64,000 bases of DNA, taken from Felis catus (taxonomy: Eukaryota). Below, one piece after another: positions 39,693 to 51,000 of the stretch (position 1 is its first letter; every line of letters begins with the position of its first letter). Position numbers and translations under genes: made by a program. The notes beneath the pieces were generated by a model. It ran no database searches. It was not told the origin of the DNA and worked only from the letters and a program-made list of their open reading frames with translations. The DNA lies in NCBI RefSeq assembly GCF_018350175.1, contig NC_058381.1, positions 868,001 through 932,000 on the forward strand, in the 5' to 3' direction.

Positions 39693-40923
39693 TGATTCTG
39701 TTCTGTGTCCCGCGAGAAGCCACCGCAGGGCTGAGCAAAGAGAGAGCTCGTGCCTGACCGTGTTCTGGGTAGGGAGTCCTGTGTCTGCTGCTTGAGGGGC
39801 CAGAGAGAAAGCCCCAGGCCCATTACAAGGCCAGCCTGGGGGCCCGGCTTTGGGCCGGGAGCTGGTGAGGAGGCCCGGGGGGCTGGGGATGGGGCGACAG
39901 CAAGGCTTGCTGGCATCTGGGCGTGAGGGACCGAGGGCCGTGCTGCGGGGCCTGACGCCCACCTGAGCACCTCTGGGGGGCTTCCTGCGGGTGGGGAGGA
40001 GCAGGGCCAGGCCGGGGCGCAGGAAACCGAGTCTTGGGTCTGGGCCGGAGAAGCATGAAGGGAGGCAAGTGGAGGCTGGGGCTCGGCAGTCGCCAGTGGT
40101 GGGTGTCCCAGTGACGGGTGCGGCGCCCCGATTCTGAGGTGGGTTTTGCCCCCACCGAGCGGCTCTCCCCGCCAGTGGGGCATCCTGCAGCGTAGCCCAG
40201 TTGTGACCCCGCCGACCCCACGGCAGCGTCGGCCCCGCCAGTTCCGGGTGCAGGTCATTGCCCGGGCTTCCGGCCCCTGAGATGGACGGTCTGGCAACCC
40301 CGCCTCGGGTCCTGCCGTCCGCTGGGGCGGCCTCCAGAATGCCTCCCACCTGGACCTCGTGGGTCCCCAGAGGTCAGGGGGTGGGACTGGAGGTGCCAGC
40401 CTCTGGTCACGTGTGGCCTGCTCCTGGCCACGCCCCCCCTTGGGTGGGGTCCAGATGCCACCTCACTAACAAACAAAAGGTATCTTGAGGGCTGTCTGGC
40501 ATCGAGGAGATTCCAGAGGTTTTGGGAGCTCTGAGACCGGATCTGGGTTTCCCACGTGGGAGCCAGGGGTGTCATTGTAGGCAGAGAAGTGCAGGGACGG
40601 GGACCCAGGGGGTGGAGGAGGAGCCCTGGAAGGTGCAGGAGAGCCGGGAGAGGGCGCGAGCCTCTGCGCTGGGCCGGACAAAGTCCGGGGGCTGCGGGGG
40701 GGGGGGGGTCTGGAGGAAGCCCGCGTGGGGCAGGTGCAAGGGGAGCAGGCGGGTGGGAGCCACGCAGGGTGAGGCTTCCGTGGGGCGTGGCTCCGACAGG
40801 CACAGGGTCCGTCCTGGGGACGCGGAAGGGCGTGACCCAGTGGGGGAGGGACGGAGCCACAGGGCTGGGTGGGAGGGAGGACCAGCTAGCTGCTGGAGCA
40901 GCACGGCAGGGAACAGGTCCGAG

Positions 40924-40959
<36 letters not shown>

Positions 40960-41192
40960 CTGCGGGTTTGGACGCCGTGCACAGAGGCTGCTCCCTGGCA
41001 GAGCATCTGAGAGCCCGCAGCCTGGCCCCGGCTGTCAGGATGGCAGCAGACGGGTCCCGGGGCTCCCGGCCTCCCGAGGGTCCCAGGCTGGCAGGTGTGG
41101 GGGGGAGGGGCTGCCGGCCCTGACAGCCTTCTGGGAAGGAGGGAGCGGGGTGGGGCCCGGCCGACCTGGAGCCCTGCTCGGCTGCCCGTCAG

Positions 41193-41309
41193 GTGATGCG
41201 CTACGAGAACGTGACCGTCAAGGAGAACGCAGGCCTGGATCCTGCGGCACTGAGCCCCGCCAACCCCCGTGAGAAGTGGCTTCGCAAGAGGACCCAGGTC
41301 AAGCTGCGG
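41193..41309 (+). CDS. PITPNM3: PITPNM3 exon 14 (VMRYENVTVKENAGLDPAALSPANPREKWLRKRTQVKLR)
   Basis: cgtcag acceptor and GTATGT donor; 117 nt. Confidence 0.96.
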
Positions 41310-41944
41310 GTATGTGGTCATTGGCACCGTGTCCTGGTGGGGGCGGGGGTCTCAGCTGGTCTCAGGGAGCGGGGTGCCCTGGGGGCTGGGGCACCCGTGT
41401 GGCGGGGGAGGGCTGCGGGTGGCAGGGAAGGTGGGGGTGGGGTCGGGGTTACGCGGGGTGGGGGGGCCGGTTCCCGAAGGCCCGGCTCCAGGGGAGCACC
41501 AGGGCGGGGTCCAGGGCGCTGGGGGTGGAGCGGCTGCTGTATGTCAGGCTTCTGGAGACGCGGATGTGAGTCAGGGTCTTGCCCGTGACCGTGGGGCTCA
41601 CAGTCTGATTCGCCTCTGAGTACGTACGGCCTGGCGTGGTGTCTGCGGTGAGAGAGGGAAGCGCAGATTAGGAAGAAAACGGAGAAAAGGACTTGGGGCA
41701 GACCAGGCAGGGCTTCCCTGAAGGAGAGTCGCCTCCGTAGGGTATTGAAGGATGAATAGGAGCGTGGTATGCATCACTTCATGTATGTACTCAGCAAAGC
41801 ATCATCAGTTGTGGATGTGGCCCCCTGTGCCGGGTCCACAGACGCAGCCACTGCTCCGGTGGGCCGTCTGGTGGGAGCACCAGACGTGGACGCTGAGGAC
41901 CCTGAGCGGGGACCGGTGCTCCGCGAATCAACCCAGTTCTCGCA

Positions 41945-42560
41945 AACGTATTTATTGAGCTACGGTCACGTTTTCTACAACTCGCCTGCTGAAGGGGGAC
42001 AGTTCGGTGGATGTGAGCGTGTTCACGGATGCGCACAAACATCACTACAGCCAAGTTTAGGACCTTCTCATCACTTCGGAAAGAGGCCCCTTTCCCCATA
42101 ACCGTCCCCTGACCGTGGTCCCTGGCCCTGGCCCTGGCCCCAGCTGTCTGTCTGCTCTGGGCCGTCCGTGTAACGGAACCATCTGGCGTGTTGCCTCTTC
42201 GTCCGGCTTCCTTCTTGGAGCCCTGTGCTCTGGGGGTGCGCCCACGTTGCGGCAGGCGTGGGTACCTCGTTCCGCTTGACGGCCCGAGGATCTTCCCGCG
42301 GACGGACACATTCCGTTTACCCAGTCGTCACCTGTGGGGCCTTCGGGCGGTTCGCACCTTTTCTCTACCGTGGGCGACGCTCCGGGCTCTCGTGTGTCCT
42401 CGTCTCTCGTGGGATCCAGCCGCCCCGGCGGGTGTGAGGCGGGGTCTCCGTGTGGTTTTGCTTCGCGTCTCCCCGCGGATAGGTGACACAGGCGTCTTCC
42501 CGTGTGTCTGTTTCCGCGAGTTAAGTCTCTCCTCCCTGGAGTTTTGGCGGTGTGGCCCGT
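41945..42560 (-). mobile_element. Old L1M 3'-end fragment, strongly GC-shifted
   Basis: TTTATTGAGCTAC...CATCACTACAGCCAAGTTTAGGACCTTCTCATCAC... is colinear with the recalled L1M 3' consensus and with the copy at 10430. Confidence 0.65.
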
Positions 42561-43548
42561 GCCCCCTCCCGGCCGTCTGTGGGTCTGGGTCCCCCGAGCC
42601 CAGTCCAGGGGCCGGTGCAGGTTGGGGGGGGGTCCGCTGAATTGCACGCAGACGCCGTGAGAATGGAGGGCGGGGGTCCGCGGGGAGCTTCTCGGACGCG
42701 GCCGGGCCAGGCCGTAGCGGGTGGGCTGGGAGGTGGGGGCAGACAGAGTCGGGGGGGGCCCTGCAGTGCCCGGCCCATGACAACTGGGGGCCACAGACGG
42801 TCACCGGGCACGGCCGTGACGCCGAGCTCAGGATCCCGAATTCACCGCGGGGGCCTGGGCGTCGGCAGTTCTGTGCTTTGGCACGGCTTGTGTGTTGACT
42901 GAGGGTCCCCACTGAGGGCTGTAAGCAGAGCCCCGGCCAGGGGGGAGCTCGGTGGGTGGGGACAGACGCCTATGGGAACGGTCACCGGCTTGAGGGGTTC
43001 GGTCTTGGAGCGAGGCTGGGGGCCTGGGGGGGGGGGGCCTTTGAGCTGCGGGGCGAATTGAAACCAGAAGTGGAGAAGCCTGGGGACCCTGGATGCTTAC
43101 AGACAAAGTGACTCCGTGTCCGGAATGATCCGCAGTGTGGGGGGTGGGGGACCCCAGGGAGGCCGTAGCTGGTGCGGGGCGCAGGCGGGGTTCCCCACGC
43201 ACCTCTCCACGCTCTGACACGTTTACATTTCCCAGTAAGAAGACACACGGTAAGTGGCTGTGGGATGGGACCTGTGATGTGGAAGGCGGAACGGGAGGCG
43301 TCCTGGCAGGGTCCGGCCCAGGAGCCGGGGAGGAGGACAGCCAGGGGCCCGGCCGCCACCTCAGGGGGCGTGGGACGGTCAGGATCAGGGTTGCTTGTCC
43401 GTCTGCGGGAACCCGGGGGTCCACAGCACACGGCTCAGAAGGGGTGACGCGGCAGGGACACGTGTGCCCCGCGGTCCTGAGGACAGCGTCGGGAGGAAGC
43501 TCACGGTCCAGCCCCAGTGGCAAAGGCCGAGCTGATCTCTGCTTTCAG

Positions 43549-43666
43549 AACGTCACCGCGAACCACCGGGCCAACGACGTGATCGCCGCGGGAAGACGGC
43601 CCGCAGGTCCTGGTGGGGCGCTTCATGTACGGGCCCCTGGACATGGTGGCTCTGACCGGAGAGAAG
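43549..43666 (+). CDS. PITPNM3: PITPNM3 exon 15 (NVTANHRANDVIAA / EDGPQVLVGRFMYGPLDMVALTGEK), with an apparent 1-nt insertion
   Basis: ctttcag acceptor and GTGCGA donor; 118 nt rather than a multiple of 3. An extra G in GCG-G-GAA at 43590-43592 splits the conserved peptide across two frames. Confidence 0.92.
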
Positions 43667-43853
43667 GTGCGAGGGGCCGGGCCGGGCCGGGTGGTGGGGC
43701 GGAGCAGGGCCGGGAGGGTGAGCGGTGGGGAGGGCCCGAAGTCCGTGCGCCCGAGGGCTGGGCGTGGGGGCCGAGGAGCCGGCCGAATGGCCCCTGGCCC
43801 CCGCCTGCAGCCCCCGGCCTTCAGGGCGTCCCCTGGCCCCTCACCGCGTGCAG

Positions 43854-44001
43854 GTGGACATCCTGGTGATGGCGGAGCCGTCCTCGGGCCGCTGGGTGCC
43901 ACTGGACACGGAGATCACCAACAGCAGCGGCCGCATCACCTACAGCGTCCCGCGGCCCCGGCGCCTGGGGGTGGGCGTCTACCCGTGAAGATGGTCGTCA
44001 G
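43854..44001 (+). CDS. PITPNM3: PITPNM3 exon 16 (VDILVMAEPSSGRWV...LGVGVYP / VKMVVR), with an apparent 1-nt deletion
   Basis: gtgcag acceptor and GTAAGA donor; 148 nt. TACCCGTGAAG at 43980-43990 lacks one base relative to Y-P-V-K. Confidence 0.92.
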
Positions 44002-44240
44002 GTAAGACCCAGGCGGATCGTGCCGTTCGGTGCCCTTCCAGCCGGGCCGGCCGGGTGATGGAGCCCTGGGGGTGCTTTCCGGGGCGGGGGGGGGTAGAGA
44101 GAGGAAGACGGGACCGGCTGGCCAGCTGTGGCTTCAGGAGATACCGGCCCGCTGCTCCCTGAGCCGGGCCCGGGCCGACCCCTGGCCTCAGGCTACGAGC
44201 TGAGTGCGACGCGGGCCGACCACAGGCAGGTGCCTTTTAG

Positions 44241-44391
44241 GGGCGACCAGACCTTTGCGATGAGCTACCTCACGGTGCTGCCCCGGGGCATGGAGTGCGT
44301 GGTGTTCAGCATCGACGGGTCCTTCGCGGCCAGCGTGTCTATCATGGGAAGTGACCCCAAGGTCCGGCCGGGGGCCGTGGACGTCGTCCGT
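44241..44391 (+). CDS. PITPNM3: PITPNM3 exon 17 (GDQTFAMSYLTVLPRGMECVVFSIDGSFAASVSIMGSDPKVRPGAVDVVR; LNS2 domain start)
   Basis: ttttag acceptor; VVFSIDGS LNS2 (lipin/HAD-like) motif. The GTGAGT donor at 44392 is 1 nt off the phase needed to join exon 18. Confidence 0.92.
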
Positions 44392-45444
44392 GTGAGTGTT
44401 CCCTCCCGTCCCTTCCCAGAGGCCCCGGGAGAGCGGGGGCCGTGTGTTTTTTCCGGAATTCCGCTAATCTCCGGGGCAGGAACTGGGGAGTCCCGGTCAC
44501 GTGTACCGAGGGTCCCCGAGAAGAAACGCCCTGCCACCGTCTGGACGCTAGCTCCCCCTCCCTCCCCCCTCCGTTTAACCTCTGCAGCCAGCCAAGCCTG
44601 GGGGCTCCCGAGTTCTGACTGCAGGCCGGGTCCAGTCGGCGTGTTCTGGTGGCCTCTGGGAGAAAAGGCTCCGAATGTAGCAGCCGAAAAGAATACTATT
44701 CCGTGTCTCGCGGTTCCGTGGGGGGTCTGGGCTCTGCTTGGATGTCGTCACGTGGGGTGTTCCCGTGACTCACGGCCGGGGTGGCGATCTGGGCTGGGGG
44801 CGGGGGGCTCATCCACAGGCTCCCCTCGGGCCCGGGGTTCGAGAAGGCCTCTGTACTCGCGGTGGCTGGGCCCGCTCTCTGTCCGCGGGGGCCAGCCTGG
44901 GCCGTCTCGTGGAGACCCGGGTGGAGGAGGCCGCAAGCCTTCTCAGGACCCAGCCTGGGGCGTCACAGTGACCTTTCCGCTGTGTTCCGCTGGTCACGAG
45001 TAGTGGCAGGATCTGCCCGGATTCACGGGGAAGGGACCACCTAAACATGTGACTACGGGACACGTGGCTCCCAGGGGCCACCCTCTGAGCCTGACTCAGG
45101 CGCAGTGATAAGGGGAAGATTGGAGCTCGTTGCAGCTGATTGGGGAGAGCAGGGCAGGCTTCCTGAGAGAGGTGGCGTCAGAGATAGTCCCCGAGGGGTG
45201 GACGGGTTCAGTCCAAGCCGCTGCACAAAGATCAGCAAACGTGGGGAAGCGAGAAGAAAATAGAAAACGGATTTTGATGGGCCAGGAAGGAGGACGCGGG
45301 GCGCCAAGGACAGGAGGAGCAGAGCACGTGGTGGGATGGGGTCAGGGTGGTTGGAGTTTGGAGGCCAGACCCGGACGGGGCCGGAGATGGGGCTGGAAGC
45401 AGCTGTGTAGAAGGGTGTCACCATAGGAGAGTGAGGGAGGAGCC

Positions 45445-46520
45445 ACTTTCTCCCCTCCCTGCCTCCCCCCCTCCCTGCCTCCCTCTCATCCCTCCCTCTC
45501 ACCCTCCCTGCCTCCCCCCCTGCCTCCCCCCTCCCCCACCTCCCTCCCTCCTACCCTCCCTGCCTCCCTGTTTCCACCCCTGCCTCCCTCCCTGCCTCCC
45601 CCCACCCCATCCCTACCTCCCTGCCTACCCCCTCCCTGCCTCCTCCCCTCCCTGCCTCCCCCCATCCCTGCCTCCCTCCTACCCTCCCTATCTCCCTGCT
45701 TACCCCCACCCTACCTCCCTCCTGCCTCCCCCCACCCCATCCCTACCTCCCTGTCTACCCCCCTCCCTGCCTCCTCCCCTCCCTGCCTCCCCCCATCCCT
45801 GCCTCCCTCCTACCCTCCCTCCTACCCTCCCTATCTCCCTGCCTACCCCCCACCCTACCTCCCTCCCTGCCTCCCCCCACCCCATCCCTACCTCCCTGCC
45901 TACCACCTCCCTGCCTCCCCCCATCCCTGCCTCCCTCCTACCCTCCTTCCTACCCTCCCTATCTCCCTGCCTACCCCCCACCCTACCTCCCTCCCTGCCT
46001 CCCCCCACCCCATCCCTACCTCCCTGCCTACCACCTCCCTGCCTCCCCCCCATCCCTGCCTCCCTCTTACCCTCCTTCCTACCCTCCCTATCTCCCTGCC
46101 TACCCCCCACCCTACCTCCCTCCCTGCCTCCCCCCACCCCATCCCTACCTCCCTGCCTCCTCCCCTCCCTGCCTCCCCCATCCCTGCCTCCCTCCTACCC
46201 TCCCTCCTACCCTCCCTGCCTCCCTGCCTCCCCCCACCCTACCTCTTTCCCTGCCTACCCCCCTCCCTGCCTCCCTCCCTGCCTACCCCCCTCCTTACCT
46301 CCCTCCCTGCCTCCCCCAGTTCCTGCCTCTCTGCCTCCCTCCCTGCCCCCCTCCCTGCCTCCCCCATCCCTCCCTGCCTCCCCCTATCCTTCCCTGCCTC
46401 CACCCCTGTCTCCTTCCCTCCCTGCCTCCCTCCCTCCTACCATCCCTCCCTCCCTCCCTGCCTCCACCCCTCCTTCCATCCCTGCCTCCTTTCCTGTCTC
46501 CCTCCCTCCCTGCCTCCACC
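45445..46520. repeat. ~1.07-kb polypyrimidine (CCTC/CCTG/CCTA) low-complexity tract
   Basis: Almost all C/T on +, with recurring longer internal blocks. Confidence 0.95.
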
Positions 46521-48057
46521 CTTTTGTGAGGCTGACTCAGGGCCAGGCCAGGGAGCAAGGCAGCCCCACGGGGGAAAACAAGTCTCAGGCATGAGAAACT
46601 AACCCCGGACCCCAGGTGAGCAGGACCGATGCCGGGCCTCAGCGTAGTAGCAGTGATCCCTCTGGGGAGAGCAGACCAGCCTGGACTGGGGACCCCAGGG
46701 TTAGCTGCCCTCCAGGTGCCCCTGGCCCTGCGGGAACAGGCCCTGGACGGACAGGCTCGAGCTCCTGGCAAGTGTCCAGCTCGCCCTGTGAGGGTGGGTG
46801 GCTTATTCCTCTTACGTCTCCCCCCCCCCCCGCCCGTCAGCGCCCCCTTTCCACAGCTGGGAGCTGGGGGGGCTGTGGTCCTCTCCCCCGGGGACCCACA
46901 CCGTGGTCTTCACGTGGGCTCCTGAGTCCCTGCCGTGTTCCACAGACCCTGCTGCTGATAAACGGACTACCGGGTCCAGCTCAGAACTAGCCAGAGTCCC
47001 CAGGGTGGCGTCTGAGCCTGTGTGGGATTATGGAACATCCCCCCGACCCCTCGGGGCGCTCTCCAGGTCTGGAGCCCCCCAGTCTATGGTGAGCCGGGGG
47101 TGGCCGGTGCCACAGCAGCCCCTGACAGGCCCGAGCTCATCTGGCATCTTGTGGGCAGGTCCCGTGTGAGGTCAACAGACAGCACACTCCCACCGTGCTG
47201 CGGGAGCAGACAGGGGAGGGACTGATCGCGCCTGGGAAGCTGGGAGGGCTTCCTGCACGAGGGGGCCTTGAGAGGGGATGGGAACGTGAGGAGATGAAGC
47301 CCTGAAGGGCGTCCAGGGGAGGGGTCCGCGGCTGGGGTCCCAGCTTGAGCTGGAGCTCGAGGCCCGTGGGTGCAGCAGAGCAGCCCCGTGTGGCCGGGGC
47401 GATACGATGGTCAGGGTAACAGGTGCACGGAGGGCTGGACACCTCGGGACGCTGGGGAGCCAGGGACGGCTTTGGGCACAGGAGCGACGGTCACCGTGGA
47501 AACAGGACCAGGGGGAGCGCCACGGCCTCTGTCCAGTTCGCACTATGCTGGTCGTGTCTGGACTCCTCCTTTCCCGCCTTGGGACGGCCCTCGTCTCAGT
47601 TCTTGTCCCCCGTCACGGGTGGGGCCTGGAGGGGGTTGCACGGCCCAGGTCGGACTGGACTCGGGTGGGGGTGTGAGCGAAGGCCAAGGAGGGCGCCGAA
47701 GCAGGAGGGGGTCAGGGGTCAGGTCCTGCTGGTCGCCGGTTGGACGGGAGGCCGCTCACGGGAGCAGGAAGGGCGACGGGGACAGCCGAGGAGGCAGAGG
47801 TGGCCTGTGCTCGGCGGGGAAGCCCGAGTGACGTGGAGGCCTCGGGGACGGGGGCCAGTTTGGTGGTGGGCGAGCGGTGCCTGCGGGCCGTCCAGGGACA
47901 CGTCCCGACTCATGGGGCTCAGCCCCCCCCCCCACGGCGTGTGGCTCCACTGTCCTTCCCCAGGGTCCCGGCGCTGCTCAGGACGGCTGCGGGGGGGGGG
48001 GGTGCGGGGGGGGCTGCGGGGCGGGGGGGCTGGACCTGCGATGCCGTCCGTCCGCAG

Positions 48058-48241
48058 GCACTGGCAGGATCTGGGCTACCTGATCCTGTACATCACGGGG
48101 CGGCCGGACATGCAGAAGCAGCGGGTGGTGTCCTGGCTGTGCCAGCACAACTTTCCACAGGGCATGATCTTCTTCTCCGACGGGCTGGTGCACGACCCCC
48201 TGCGGCAGAAGGCCATCTTCCTCCGCAACCTCGTGCAGGAG
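48058..48241 (+). CDS. PITPNM3: PITPNM3 exon 18 (HWQDLGYLILYITGRPDMQKQRVVSWLCQHNFPQG...FLRNLVQE; LNS2)
   Basis: tccgcag acceptor and GTGAGT donor; 184 nt; YITGRPD motif. Confidence 0.96.
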
Positions 48242-48734
48242 GTGAGTGCGGGCCGGAGGCCAGACCCGCCCTCCACCTGCAGGTGCTGGGAGCCTCCACG
48301 GCCCCCGCCCCCACCCCGAGGTGGGCACTGTCACCCGCGGGGACAGAGGAGGGCGGGGAGGCTCCCTGAGGCTCGGTGACTCCCCCACGATCCCCGAGTC
48401 CGCATCTCCTCCTTTACCTCCTGACCCCAAAGCCCGAACTCCGTCTCTGTGCCCGGTTATTCGTTCAGCCGACGGGTGCCCGCCACGCTCCTTCAGGGTC
48501 CTGGCGTCGGCGGCACGGGCTGGCACCTGCTCTCCTTCCGGAGCTTTGACCTGTGGCCCCGGCACGGCGTCCCTGGGAGCTGCTCAGAAATGTCGATTCC
48601 CTGCCCCCCCCCTGCCCCCACTCACCCCAGACCCGCTGCATCAGAAACTGGGGAAAGGGCCCAGCGGTCTGCATCTTGACAGACCCTCCGGGGGGATTTC
48701 AATGATGGTAACATTTTGAGAACCAGTGATCTGT

Positions 48735-49065
48735 GGCCCAGGGGCTGAGCCCAGCCGGTAGCCCTTCTTCTACGTGACCTTGGCCTGAGAACGGTGTTTA
48801 TAGTTTTAAATGGTTGCGGGTTGGGGGCGGGGATCAAAAGGAGAATGCTATCTCATGATGCGACAGCGGTACGAAAGTCCGATCTCGCTGCCTACGAAGG
48901 CAGATGCGTTGGGACACGGCCACGCTCCCTGCTGGCCACGCTCCCTGCTGGCGCGGTGTGCGTGGCTGCTCGGAGCCACAAAGGAAGAGTGTGGTTGCTG
49001 CACAGCGCAAAGCCTGAGATACCGATTATCTGGTCTTTCGCAACAACGTCAGCCAATCCCTGGTC
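48735..49065. mobile_element. MER58B-like hAT-Charlie remnant
   Basis: GTTTTAAATGGTTG...ATCAAAAGGAGAAT...GCAAAGCCTGAGATA..TATCTGGTCTTT motifs. Confidence 0.65.
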
Positions 49066-49109
49066 CAGAGGAAGAAAGATGTGTAAATCTTTACCTGGTG
49101 GGTGATCAG

Positions 49110-51000
49110 TAAAGGCCTGTTGTCATGCAGAGGAACTTGGCCTGGGGAGGGCAGAGAAGGCTTCCAGGGGTTGGTAACTCTTGAGCTGAGTCTTGAATCA
49201 GGAATAGGAGTTTGCCTGGCAGACACAAACAGAACGTGCAAAGGCACTGAGGTAGAAGAGAGCCTCAGATGTTCTCAGAGCTGCAGGCATGCAGGATGCT
49301 GGTGTGCACAGGGTCAGACCCAGGTCGCGTGGGAGCAGAGGCCTGGAGGTCATCGGGGGCCTGAGGGTTGGCAGACCTTGGAAAACCTTGGCCAAGACCG
49401 TGAACTCCGCTGAGGGCAGTGCGGAGCCGGGGAGCGGCAGTGACTGATCAGGGCTGCAGAAAGAGCCCTGGGGTGGCTGTGTGGAGACCAGATGGGTGAG
49501 ACAAGAGAGGCAGGGAGGCCAGGTGAGGCAGAGGCCGACCGGAATCCAGTGGCGGCCACGGGGATGGAGAAAACGGCATCGGGAGCGGGGATTGTCAGGT
49601 CATGCTCGGGACTGGGTGGCGGCCCCCCAGCAGGAGGTAGAACTGGGGAAGAATGTTCTGGGGGCAGCAGAAAGTTCAGGACCGGAGCTTCGTGGCCCTC
49701 CAGCGGCTTTCAGTGGCCAGCCGGTGGAACCGGGAAGGTGGCGAGAGAGCAGTCTCCCGGGCCAGGGCGTGGCCAGGCGGGCACGGGAGGGAAGGGGCAA
49801 GGGGCAGGGTCGGCGTGGGGATGGGACGTGCAGTCCAGAGGGGCGGTTCTGGGTTTGGTCCTGGAGGCCGCTGGCCGTGAAGATGGCAGGAGGGAGGCCG
49901 AGGTGCTCGTGGGTCACCCCGCGAGCGGGAGGTCCCCCGGGGCTGATGGGGCTCAGGAGGCAGGGAAACTGTGACCTGGGACCAGAGGGTGGGGCTCAAG
50001 GTGAGCAGCCGGAGGGCGAGGGGCTGGGGGGCGAGCGAGCATTGGGACACGGCCACCGGACGGAGGCACTCCACGCCAGTCTGGGGTGGTGCGGACGGCA
50101 CAGGGCGGGGGGTCAGGCCCAGACAGAACGCCTCCAGTCCTGTGACACATAGAGCCGCCCCTCGTTCCCTCGTCCGTGTCTTTGCCCGTCACCCAGTGAC
50201 CTAGGAACGCTGACGGGGTCAGCAGGTGGCGTGGTCCCGACCTCCCCAGGTGGAACCCTTGAACTGGGGCGCAGGGTGGGGTGGGAGGGGAGCTCCTGCA
50301 GGGCCGAGTCCTGCCGTGGGGTGGCCCCGGGACCTGGAGCCCCCCCCCCCATGCGGAATCGGGTCCTCTGACCCCGTGAGCACCCGCCCCTCCACGGGCT
50401 GCCCTGTGTTTCAGTGTTTCATCAGAATCAGCGCGGCCTACGGCTCCACTAAGGACATCTCCGTGTACAGTGTGCTGGGTCTGCTGCCCTCCCAGATCTT
50501 CATCGTGGGCCGGCCCACCAAGAAGTACCAGGCCCAGTGCCAGGTGGGGGCGCCGGGCCGGGTGGGGGCGGCGTGGGCGGGGTCTGCCGTCCATTCAGTC
50601 GTTTTTGTTCATTCCTTCATTTGCCCACTCACTCATTTGTTCATCCGTTCATTCGCCGTTTCCACGCGCACCACGGGCACCTGTCCTGGGCCAGGCCCTG
50701 GTGCCGTCGGATGTCCCGTCATCCAGGCGGCAGTGCCCGTGGCAAGAGGCCTAATGGATGATGGGGGCACGGGGTCGTGACCCCCCCCCGGGGAGAAACA
50801 GAGACGATGGGGGCAAGGCTGCTTTGGAGGGTTCGAGGGAATTGTCCAGGAGGCTTGAGGTGGGAGGAGCATTTGTGACAGAGGTCGCCGCAAAAGTGAA
50901 GGTCAGGAGGTGACAGAGCAGGTGTCCCCCCTGGGCGGGAGCAGGAGAGGGGGGCCCGCAGTGCCTGGCTGACGGCCCACCCCTCGGCGGGCTGGGACTT
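49110..51000. mobile_element. L2 LINE remnants flanking exon 19 (others near 7430-7750, 24000-24400, 27800-28060, 41650-41900, 45100-45260)
   Basis: GGCTTCC..GG..GGTAACTCTTGAGCTGAGTCTTGAA...AACAG..CGTGCAAAGGCACTGAGG, and a CATTCATT-type 3' tail at 50590-50655. Confidence 0.55.
50415..50543 (+). CDS. PITPNM3: PITPNM3 exon 19 (CFIRISAAYGSTKDISVYSVLG...KKYQAQCQ; LNS2)
   Basis: tttcag acceptor and GTGGGG donor; 129 nt; AAYGSxKD motif. Confidence 0.96.
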
